Of a DNA stretch of 64,000 nucleotides, positions 34,701 to 47,000 are shown piece after piece (the stretch's first letter is position 1; each line of letters begins with the position of its first letter). A model generated the notes under the pieces. It worked only from the letters and a program-made list of their open reading frames with translations, had not been told where the DNA came from and ran no database searches. The translations under genes and the position numbers were made by a program. Source of the stretch: Macrostomum lignano (taxonomy: Eukaryota); NCBI GenBank assembly GCA_002269645.1, contig NIVC01001843.1, forward strand, positions 62,001 through 126,000, written 5' to 3'.

Positions 34701-37700
34701 CCAGATTAGTAACCAGAACTACTACAGATCGAGGCAAGCATAGCATCAATTTGTTAATGTGTTTGGCCTGCATCACGCTAGCCGGAGTTCAGCTGGCTTT
34801 CCTAGCCATGGAGACCTGCGTCTGCCGGGCGAGTCTTAACTGCCAACGCAAAGGCTATCAAATGGCTAACAACGATGTACCAGCTGAGGACAGATTTAAC
34901 TACGACGAAGATGGACCGACTTCGCTTTGAAGGAAAGAAACTCAACTGTGACGTAATGATGTAGCTACAACGTTGACTGAATCAATTATTGGTCTACATA
35001 TGAACCAAATTCAATATTCGTAATGCTTGTAGTAAAATTAGTTTGGACAGACAGGCATTATGTGTTTTGTTCTGTTGAAGCTTTCATTGTTGATTAAGCG
35101 CGTAGAATAATTATTATTATATTCAAGTTTCAAATTATCGTGCGCGCTTATTCGATGTAGTATTACAGTTGGATTGCAGCAACTCTCTGTAGATAGTAGA
35201 AGCAACAGAGACCTCAATTTTTATCGCATACAATTTACCATTAGGACGGCCATGCATGGCAACTATACGCTTGCGTAATTTTCTCAATTCGGCTCAATTT
35301 AACCTGAACGAGAGAAGCGCGCCGAGGCCAATATTATAAGGCGAACAGAGTAGGCAGCTGAAGAAGATTTAAGAGCCAATTTGCATTCCGCACTTCGTCG
35401 CGCTCACAGTTTTTGTCGCATCGGCGCGAGGAATTCTCGCTCGCGACCGTCAAAAACCCGGCAACCCCACTTAAGCCTCATCCATCTATGCCCGTCGCCT
35501 CTATTTCGTTTTACTGACTTGAGAGTAGAGAAGCTTTTTAGCAAACTCCTGAAGCGTTTATCCCAACACACCAGTTTTCCGGCGCGTTAAACTGGCTGAC
35601 TTCTTTTTAGCAACTCTTAGCTGGCAAGGCGACCAATACTTAGCAGTAAAAGGAGAAAATGAGACAGGCAGAGAGAGGACTAAGAAGGCGGGACAGGAAG
35701 GAAGAGAATAGAAGAAGACTGCGACAGGAGGATATGGGAAGTCCAAGTCGAAAAAGCAGCTATCCGATAGAGAGGCCACTTCGCTTTGCCTCTCGAATCC
35801 CTGCAAGGCAGCAGTACTAACTTTCGTCGTTCCTCTCTAACTCAAAAAGAAGAGAAGCTGAAGATAGTTAAGCATGAGGAAGGGGAAGAAGGCGCCGTAT
35901 AGTTTAGTTTACACACACAAGAAGCGAGTCGGCCATAACGGAGGAATCGATACACAGTATCAATCACAAGCGCGAGCGTCCCCCCACCTCAAACCCTGTC
36001 CACATATTAATAAAACACATCCTTAATAGTGCTCACAAACGCATGGCATATAAAAGACAGAAATACAGATCAGAGAGACATTCGATACATTACCTGTCTA
36101 TCTTCTGGCTAACTTTTTAACTCAATTTTCATGCCCGTGTATTAAGACTGTTATTAATATTGCATACTTATATTTTGCCCTTACATTTTACATCAATTTT
36201 GTGTAAATAGTTAAATATAAAAGCGTCTTAAAAAGGCCTAACTACCATCTGCAGCACTTGCACTTAGCAAGCTATTGCTAACGCTTTCTTGATGTTTTTT
36301 TCAACAAGCTTCCCACTTAGCCCGTCACTTTTCCCTTAACGCGCGAATGACAAGCTAGAAAAAGAGGCATTTATTTTCCCAGAGGAATTTCTTCACTTTT
36401 TTCTGTTTAGTTGCCAAGACCGATTTGCCATTATCGCATTGGTGTGCCAAAGAGGTTGTAGAAGAAGCATTTTGCACGCCTCGCTTAACACTAATCTCTT
36501 TATTTCCGTCAGTTAAGATAATACATATCGACAATGCACGTTGTATCTTGCGTAGAGGTTTTGAGAACATTTTTACCCACACTAAACCCTAGGAAACAGT
36601 TTTCATCACCCTCACACACACACACCCCCAACTCTATCGATATTTATTGATTTTGGCAGGCACTGAGGCCGACTTATCAAACTAGCGGGGGAGGGAGGAC
36701 ACACGACAAAGAAAACTTGAAGCGGTGTAGCCACGACGTGCGACAAGAGCTGGCCGAATATCTTATCAGTAGAAGCAGCGATTACGCAACAAAATCCCCA
36801 CGAGATTCAGCTTCAAGCCATACAATATTCACTCCCTGCCCAGTTTTCAACTATTGATGACGAGTGTCGTTAAGGATTAAAAAGAAATTTGGTCGCTAAA
36901 TTCGTTATGGCATCTTCAAAGAATACCTGTAGTAAAGGAGACTAGAACGTCAGACAAGAACAGACGCATTGTTGACAAGATGGTGACTGACTAAGGCTTT
37001 AATTAGTGTCAATCATCCTAGATAGATAGAAGCTTTGAAACTTCACCACCTCCCTATTGAAAGCTTAGTTGTTGCGGAGATTGTAAGAGAAAAAATTGAG
37101 AAATGAATGCGAGAGAGATCAGAGAGTGCAAGAAAGTGTAAGAAAATCCGTATGAATAAAATATTAAGCCTTTAAATCCCCTCAGTACTTGAAAATCTCT
37201 TTTTTGTAAAATTAGATTAATACTAAATGCAGGGTGTGGCCGTTAACATATTGAATAGCAAAGAAGTAAGTATATATAATTCTGTCTAACCAGCCATCAA
37301 TCAGTGGCGACGACCTTTTTTCTGCACCAAAACAGCGCGCGGAGCTTTCACAGTCGGGGTTAAGTCCGTGGGAAATTCAGGAAGCGAGGAAGCCCAAGGC
37401 GAGCGGACGGGATTGGGGAAGGAAAAGAAAGAGAATAAAAGACTAGTGGTTTTTCAATAAATACAAAGAGCAGCCTTTATAATCATTCTAAATGGAGTTG
37501 AAGCAATGAAAAAATTGAGGAGTTTTCTGTTTCACGCTTGAAGGCGTTAAATTTTTCTCAGTTATAATAAATTTTCTAGATTTTGGCCGATTGATTGATC
37601 GGCAGAGACTTCAACGATTTGAGAGAAATGATTTATATCAGAAAATCAAAAGAGTGTGACTAAAGAAGGTTTATGGTTTATCTAGACAGTTCGATGGGAT

Positions 37701-40700
37701 CAAGTGTTGCGTAACCACTTTTTAAATTAATAATTATACGCTAAATTATTATAATATTCTTCATATTTTTACTGTAACTAAATGTAAACTGTGGTAAGAC
37801 TATAATAACTAGGACTTTGCAGGCACCTTGACACATACATACTCGATAGATGCATGTTTCAAGACCAGATAGGCAGCTGAGCGGCAAGCTTCTTAGCAGC
37901 GTCATCTATTCTGTTAGCCATTTTTATGTATCCTCTAGGGATGGCAGGGAAGAGTGACGGTGGGGGGGAGGAGACAGAAAGCAGGCAGGAAAGCGAGAGA
38001 GACAGCAGCGGCTGTGGGGTCAGTTGGGGAGAATTCAGCAGTAACTCAGCTCAGTGACAATCGGCCTCCAAAATTTCCATCGCTCATCGTGTAGTTATTT
38101 TTTTCTATATAAAAAAACACATTTACACATGTAGAAGCTACAGCCCCAACACGCTCGACCTTCTGACCCCAATTAGTTGCTTTCCGCATGAGGTAAATTT
38201 TCAAATACATAAATATATGCAGATGGGAGAGAAAAGAGAGGAGAGGAGGAGATGGGAAAGGAGAGAAGATAGGGAAATGAGAGGAGAGGAGATGGGGAAT
38301 GAGAGGAGATAGGGAAATGAGAGGAGAGGAGATGGGGAAAGAAGAGGAGAAGAGATGGGGAAAGGAGACAAAGAAGAGGCGAAGAGAGGGAATGAAGTGT
38401 GTGAAGGGCCGCAACTGAAGTACAGAAAGCAACCGAAAGAGGCAAGTAGAAACAGCAGGTGAAGCAACATAGTAGCAGTGTAGTAACATAGTAGGCGCAG
38501 TATTCAACAGTGCAAATGGGCACATCAGCTTTTCTGCTTCAATTTCAAACAGATCAAGCAAGCAAGCTTCATCCAACTTCACGAGATGCACTTTTAAAAC
38601 AAAAAGTTGAAAAGAACCCCCGAAGCCAAACCAAGAATGCAAGAAAAAACAGGCAGGAGCCTCCGATTCAATAATAAATAGGATATACGCCGGATGGCGC
38701 AGGCAAAACACACACTTGGTTGTTGCACGCAGATAGGCCGGTACAAGATAACCCCCCCCCCCTCGGGCCAGGGAAGTGCAGAAAAAAGCTCAGACAGAAG
38801 GAATCGTGTGGCAGATGTTGTTGAGGAGGGGGGACTTCTAGACGCGCTAGGCCATGGACGACTAAAAATAACACCCGTTGGACTGGAAGGACTTTGACGT
38901 TAGTGCGGCAAACATTTCTGTCAATTTACACTAATTAATGTAGCAGGGTAGTCAGGATTTTCATTTGGTTATGGTTGGGGTCACGAGCCAGATTCTAGCC
39001 AGGGTTGAAGCAGCAAAAGTGAATAAAATATCATTGTAACATAATAAGACATGGTTTTGGTAGTTTAGCGCCATGAAAAAGGTTTTAAACATTTGGCTCC
39101 ACGGACAAGGTTTTGACACCAAACTAGCACCATGGAAAAGTTTTTAGCAATTTGGCGCCACGGTCAAGGTTTTAGCGCTACTTTAGCGCCACGGACAATG
39201 TTTCAGCGCTACTTTAGCGCCACGGATAAGGTTTTAGCGCCAATTTAGCGCCACGGACAAGGTTTTAGCGCCAATTTAGCGCCACGGACAAGGTTTTAGC
39301 GCTACTTTAGCGCCACGGACAAGGTTTTAGCGCTCGCTAGGTTGGCGCCACGGACAAGGTTTTAGCGCCAATTAAGCGCCACGGACAAGATTTTAGCGCT
39401 ACTTTAGCGCCACGGACAAGGTTTCAGCGCTACTTTAGCGCCCCGTACAATGTTTCAGCGCTACTTTAGCGCCCTGTACAATGTTTCAGCGCTACTTTAG
39501 CGCCACGGACAAGATTTTAGCGCTACTTTAGCGCCCCGTACAATGTTTCAGCGCTACTTTAGCGCCCCGTACAATGTTTCAGCGCTACTTTAGCGCCACG
39601 GACAAGATTTTAGCGCTACTTTAGCGCCACGGACAAGATTTTAGCGCTACTTTAGCGCCACGGACAAGGTTTCAGCGCTACTTTAGCGCCCTGTACAATG
39701 TTTCAGCGCTACTTTAGCGCCCTGTAAAATGTTTCAGCGCTACTTTAGCGTCCCGGACAAGGTTTTAGCGCTAATTTAGCGCCCCGGACAAGGTTTTAGC
39801 GCCAATTAAGCGCCACGGACAAGGTTTTAGCGCTACTTTAGCGCCACGGACAAGGTTTTAGCGCCAATTAAGCGCCACGGACAAGATTTTAGCGCTTCTT
39901 TAGCGCCCCGGACAAGGTTTTAGCGCTACTTTAGCGCAGGGACAAGGTTTTAGCCCCAATTTAGCATCAATAAGAGAAGAGATTGAAACAAAACAAAGAG
40001 GGTAACAATACAGTTTATAATAATGCTAGTTTCTTGGGAGAACAAGATGTTCTGAATGGATTTTTTGTCAGCAGTGTGTGGAGTAAAGCAATCACACAAC
40101 TCTAGCATGTAGATCTACATCTAGGCATGTATAGCACAAGAGGGAATTTGTCCAATTTCCTTTATCAACGCTGCTTCAGCTTTCATATGCCAGCCGGTTC
40201 TTACACTAACCCGAATCTGACAGATGTTTGTGTGCAGTGCAGCGGCCGAGCCGTGTTTAAATGAGACGAGGGAAGGAAATAGGCGAATAGGACGCCAGAA
40301 GGACTGGTAAGCAAATATTAATAATTCCCTGTGTATGGCAGTACAGATTATATTATAATAATAGTATCTATGTAAAAAATAATTTACACCCACTAAAGTT
40401 GCGCCACTAACTAAAAATGGTATACAATGACTATTCGCTTTAAAACATCCTGCATTGCACACTATTTTATCGTTTAAAAGTTGCACAGATGTACTCTTAC
40501 ACTGCAATAGTGCTATTACATTTTATGAAATAGAAAACGAACTTCATTTTACAGTGTACACTCGTACATGTACAATCTGCGCTATCCTGTACCTATCTGT
40601 ACAAGGTTACAACCGTACAGGTAAATGAGATTTACAAGGAACCAGTACAAGATGATAGCTGTACAGATAAAAGGGATGCACAAGGAATCAGTACAAGACT

Positions 40701-41871
40701 GTACAGGTACATATGTATAAGATCCAGTACAAGACTGTACAGGTACATATGAACAAGATCCAGTACAAGACTGTACAGGTACATATGTACAAGATCCAGT
40801 ACAAGACTGTACAGGTACATATGTACAAGATCCAGTACAAGACTGTACAGGTACATATGTACAAGATCCAGTACAAGACTGTACAGGTACATATGTACAA
40901 GATCCAGTACAAGACTGTACAGGTACATATGTACAAGATCCAGTACAAGACTGTACAGGTACATATGTACAAGATCCAGTACAAGAACACAAGTGTACAA
41001 GCACATATGTACAAATAACTAAGATCTAGCTACTTATAGTCTAGAAAAGACGGTTACCTCCAGCACGAAAGCTGAAAGTTGGCACCTCTAACCTCACTCT
41101 TTACATATGCATCCAGCATCCTGTCAGGCCAGTATCATTACTGCATCTGCCGAATAGAGACAGACACACAGATGAAGACAGATTATCAAGGACAGACGCA
41201 AACTCCAGCATGTAGAAGATCTGCATGCCCCGCATGTGTGTGTGTGTGTGTGTGTGTCATTCCCACGGGATTGGTATTGGCTGAGCAGGTTGGATAGAAA
41301 ATAAATAAAAGGGATAACAAGATGCTGCTTATCATTGGAACAGCAAAGTGAAAGTAGAGAAGCGAAAGGATATCAGAGTATATCTATATTAGTAGCTAAT
41401 CGTGTTTGCTGAGATGCCAAGGCTCACGAGTGGGGGAATTGCTGAGATGCCAAGGCTCACGAGTGGGGGAATTGCTGAGGTGCCAAGGCTCACGAGTGGG
41501 GGAATTGCTGAGATGCCAAGGCTCACGAGTGGGGGAATTTCTGAGATGCCAAGGCTCACGGGGGAATGGCTGAGATGCCAAGGCTCACGGGGAGGAGGGA
41601 ATTGCTGAAATGCCTTGCGCTAGATGGATTATGCTTAATAACTTTCTCAGAAATAGAAAACTACTTCTAGTATTAGGTAATCCAATAATAAAAAACTTAG
41701 GTCAGCTTAGCTTGTAGTTATTAATCATCTGAGCCAAAGCTAAAGCGCTTACCAGAACTCCATAATGTCGGCAGTTATAAGTTATGATGCAAATATCTAC
41801 ATTTAAGCTTCCGGGATGGAAAAATAGCTTAAGTTGCTGCTGCTGCTGCTGAGAGAGAGAGAGAGAGAGAG

Positions 41872-41921
<50 letters not shown>

Positions 41922-43752
41922 CTTTAACACGCAGTGCAAGAAATTTTGGTGTAGCTTGGGCAAAAGCGAAATTTTCTTAGCAAACAAGACCAGCAGCGGC
42001 AGTTTTATGGCGAATCGAGGAGAGAAGCAATGAGAAGCGGTCGAGGCGGGGGCGTTGGGTCGAATTGAAGTGACAGAAATCGATAAAAACCGGAATTTCT
42101 CCGGCTTGGAGTTGATAACGCGAAGGATAAATATGAATTCTTCTTTTACTATTGCGTAGTTACCGCCGCTGTTAAAGTACGAACAACACTAATTATTAGC
42201 CTACTTAGTCTACTATTAGTAGAAATGGTAAGAGCCCTAATATATCGATGCAAAATTCAATACATTAAGAAAAAAGGTATTCTTACATTATTATGCTTAA
42301 ACAAACATGGCTAAACTAAGAGAGAGTGAAGGCGGGAAGGGAGGGGGAGGAGAGGATGAGGGGTAGGGAGAGGGTGAGGAGCAGGGAGAGGGTCAGGGGC
42401 AGGAAGAGGGTGAGGGGCAGGCAGAGGGTGAGGGGCAGGCAGAGGGTGAGGGGCAGGCAGAGGGTGAGGGGCAGGCAGAGGGTGAGGGGCAGGGAAAGAG
42501 TGAGGGGCAGGGAAAGGGTGAGGGGCAGGGAGAGGGTGAGGGGCAGGAAGAGGGTGAGGGGCAGGAAGAGGGTGAGGGGCAGGAAGAGGGTGAGGGGCAG
42601 GCAGAGGGGGAGGGAGGGGCAGGGAAAGAGTGAGGGGCAGGGAAAGGGTGAGGGGCAGGGAGAGGGCAAGGGGCAGGGCAGGGAGAGGGTGAGATAAGAG
42701 GCAGTCTACAGTGGCTAAAGAATACCAGCAGGTATATAAGGTATAAAACTACCAAGACTCACCTCGAGGGCAATATCCCGTCGGCTAGCATTCCTCAAGC
42801 GTTCCATCTCCTTGCGGAATCGAGTCTCTTTAACGGGAAATCCGCCCAGCTCGGCAATGGTAGACTTGGCCTCCAAGCCGACATCGTCTGCGAACAGTCT
42901 GCCGAACATTTCCAGCGTCAGATGCCATCGGCTAAGTAGACTTGGCGAAGTTCGAATATCGAGAAATCTAGCATTATAAGGCCAACCGTGCGGCGACCGG
43001 GTTAAGCCTAAATAACTGGGACAGTTCTCCTCGCGATCGGCTGACTGTTTATCAATAGCGAATAGTTCCTCGCGTCGGGAGCTCGGCTGCAATAGATGAG
43101 GCGCTTCGGCTAGGGGCAGCGCCTCGGCTAGCGGGGTCAGGACCGGATCCGGTGGATTACCGGCTAAGCTTAGAGTCGAACTGCTCCGTTGAAGAAATCC
43201 GTGACGCTGGGGCGGAGGCTGCTGCTGCTGCTGCTGATGTTGATAGGCGTGAAACTGAGCCACCTGCTGTTGCTGCTGAATGTCATCTGACAGCAGCGGC
43301 GGCGGCGGAGGTATAGACGGCGGTTGAAGCGCCTGCGGCGGAGGCGGCGGCGGCGGGGGCGGAGGCGGGGGCGGAAGCCAGTCGGGATGACCAGAAGGAG
43401 CAGCAGCGGTGGTAGCGGCTGAACCGGCTAGGTCTGATCCACCAGGCGCCGCTGTCGAGCCACCGCTGCCGCCGCCGCAGTCAGCCTTCATCAAATAGAA
43501 GAATGCGTCAATAACGTAGGCCAGGTGCTTGAACGCGGCCAAGTCGAGGGCTGGAAGGAAATCGCCGTGCTCGGAGGTGGCGGCTCGAACCTGGGGTCGG
43601 GTGAGGGGCAGAGCGGGGGGAAGGTTGAGACCAGGACACATGTAGACCTACACGTCTGCTTTATAAAATATCTTTTATTAGCGTCCAGTGGATGAATTAA
43701 CTACGTACTCTTCATTCTAATGAACTCATCTTATTCTAACTTTCTACCTTAA

Positions 43753-43784
<32 letters not shown>

Positions 43785-43845
43785 AGCTGTCTGTCTGTCT
43801 GTCTGTCTGCCTGCCTGCCTGTCTGTCCGCCGGTCTGCCTGCCTG

Positions 43846-43908
<63 letters not shown>

Positions 43909-43949
43909 GCCTGTCTGTCTGTCTGTCTGTCTGTCTGTCTGCCTGCCTG

Positions 43950-43997
<48 letters not shown>

Positions 43998-44029
43998 CCT
44001 GCCTGTCTGTCCGCCGGTCTGCCTGCCTG

Positions 44030-44066
<37 letters not shown>

Positions 44067-47000
44067 ACTTCTGTCTGCCCGTCTGTCTTAGTGTTAGTTA
44101 GTCAATCAGTCAACTCCCCCTAAGAGCACAGAAGCGCCAGCAATCACCTGAGACAGAGTATAATGCTGCAATTCCCGCCTATTCATAGCCGACAGAGTCC
44201 GCTGAGTGTTGGCCTCCGAAAGGCCGCTGCCGCCAACAGCAGAGACGGCAGCCGAACCGGCGACAAAATAGCCGGACGGAGCCTGACCATGATGATGCTG
44301 CTGCTGCTGCTGCTGAGAGGATGAAGACCCGGCGGCAGCACCGCCAATTCCAGCTGATGATCGACCAGCGCCGCTGGCGGACGACCGACCAGCGGTGGCG
44401 GCGGCCGCAACGGCGGCCCGGTTAGCAACGGTGAATTTTGCGCCGAAACGTAATTGACTTTCAAGCGAATCGGTTAGGGTTACCAGCCAGTTCCATGAGT
44501 CCTGTAGTATAATAATGAAAATAATAGGAATGTCTGAATCTGCTACTATAAGTAGCTCAGGTTCTTTATATGTGGCAAGTGGTCGAAATTCGCCTGATTG
44601 ACCTCTACAGGTAACAGTAATCTTATTCAAGGACTCCGAAGTCTTCTACAGGTAGCAGTAATCTTATTCAAGGACTCCGAAGTCTTCTACAGGTAGCAGT
44701 AATCTTATTCAAGGACTCCGAAGTCTTCTACAGGTAACAGTAATCTTATTCAAGGACTCCGAAGTCTTCTACAGGTAACAGTAATCTTATTCAAGGACTC
44801 CGAAGTCTTCTACAGGTAACAATAATCTTATTCAAGGACTACGAAGTCTTCTACAGGTAACAGTAATCTTATTCAAGGACTCCGAAGTCCTCTACAGGTA
44901 ACAGTAATATTATTCAAGGACTCCGAAGTCCTCTACAGGTAACAGTAATCTTATTCAAGGACTCCGAAGTCTTCTACAGGTAACAGTAATCTTATTCAAG
45001 GACTACGAAGTCTTCTACAGGTAACAGTAATCTTATTCAAGGACTCCGAATTCTTCTACAGGTAACAGTAATCTTATTCAAGGACTCCGAAGTCTTCTAC
45101 AGGTAACAGTAATCTTATTCAAGGACTCCGAAGTCCTCTACAGGAAGTGAAGTTAAGAATCCATAAGTGTCAATTGTTGATAAATTACTGAGCAAGAGAA
45201 ACATGCCTAACTAAATAAGCACAGCTCTCACCTGCAAAGTGGCTTGTACAGCCTCCCTAGCGGAGGCGGGCACACGCGGCTGCAGGTGCGCTGGCAGACC
45301 ACCAGACGATGATGATGACGATTGCTGCTGGCCAGTCAGCAGAGGATCCAATCCGCTGCCACCATGCTGTTGCTGCTGTTGGCCAGTCATTAAATCAGCA
45401 ATTAGCCGTATTAGCAAAGCGAATCCTCTGGCTAAATTAACGGCCGTGTTCTGAGAATTGGCCGGCGGCTCGTTTGCAACGGAGCCGGCCGCACCGCTGC
45501 CGCCAGCTGACGATGACAGGCCGCCGCTTCCGCCGCCGCCGCCACCGCCGCCACCAACGCGAGATCCGCCGGCCAGCATGTGCTGACTATGGGCGTCGCC
45601 GACACCGCCTCGACCGCCGCCGCCGCCGCTACGCGCAGAGGACGAGCCGCCGCCGCCGCCATCCAGGTAGATGACAGCTGGAGTCGTCACACCGCCGCTG
45701 TTGCCGCCTCCTGGCACTCGAAGCCGATTCTCGGCGGTGTTCAACGCCCACAGCAGCGGGTCCCGATTTGGCGAAGCTCCTCGCTGCTGATGATGCCTGT
45801 AGGCGCCCCCGCCGCCGCCGCCAGCAGTAGCTGCAGATGCGGCAGCGGCTCCGGCTGCCTCACTGGACGACGACACAGCAATGATTGCTTCGCCGCCAGC
45901 GGCTGCCGTGCCTCCGCTGTTATCGTCCGGCATGTCTTCGTCGCCGTCGACTTCGTCCGATAGGAAATCGTCCTCTGAGTCGTCTATCGGCGGTACCCCG
46001 CTGTGACCGTTGCCGCCGCCGCCGCCTCCGCCGCGTTCATCGTCGCTAGCGTCGCTATCAGATGCGGCGTAGGCTGAGGCTTGATGATGATGATGCTGGG
46101 CCGAGGATGAAGAACCGGCAGCTGCAGCGGCAGCAGCGGCGGCCAACTCCCCGCCAGATCGCAGCAGAGCGGAGTCGTTACTCTGCTCAGAATCGGAGTC
46201 CTCCTCTCCCACTAGCATATCGGCGTATTCCGACTCGTCAACCGCTCCGTCTGGCGCGACGTCGTCGGCTTGAGCGTCGGCGATGGACATGTCTAGATCG
46301 GTGTCAACTTCGCTAGCCTGATCGTCTTGCTGTTGCTGCTGTTGTTGCTGCTGCTGCTGAGATGCTTGCAGCTGCTGCTGATCCAACGAAGCCGCAGGCT
46401 GACCAGCTTCATTAAATCCAACCGCGGCGCCTCCGACAGCGCCGGCGGCAGCTGCGGTGGCAGCATTAGCCGCGGCAACAGCCTGCTGCTGTACAGCGGG
46501 CGCCAGCGCTGTAGACAGGAACAAATCTTCGGCAGATTGTACAGCATCAGACAGTGCTGTGGTGAGAGTAAAACTGCCCAGAGGTTTCAATAGGCCAAGC
46601 CTGACCGGGGCCAGCATAGCGCTAGCAATTAGCGGCAAATTGTGCAGAGCAGTTGGCAACAAGCCGGCTAATAGTTGCTGGCACAGGCAGGCCAATTGGT
46701 TCCGCTTTCCAACCAGTAGGCTGGGATCGGAGGCCAGGCCCAGAGTGAGATAGACTCGAACAGCTGATCGAACTAACCGGCCAGCGGCCTCCTCAGCAGC
46801 CAGAGCGTCATCGGCCAGTTGCCTAGGCGACCGCAGCGTCCTAATTAGTGTGCCAATCAGCTCCGGGCCGGTGTGAGAACACTTGGCTAACAGAGTGAAG
46901 GTGAACTGATCCAATAGACCGCAGCCACGCTGTCGCAGCTGTAGCTGGTGAATAGACTGCGGCTGAGTCTCGGCGCCGGACATGAGCATCGCGCGAACAG

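Noticed and set aside
38046-38711. 221-aa minus-strand ORF
   Set aside because: Spans a CT-rich low-complexity tract, with no domain signal and no supporting splice or start context.
40582-42755. Cys-, Tyr- or Arg-rich repeat ORFs ([18 protein letters not shown], etc.)
   Set aside because: Translations of the 36-, 33- and 18-bp satellites.
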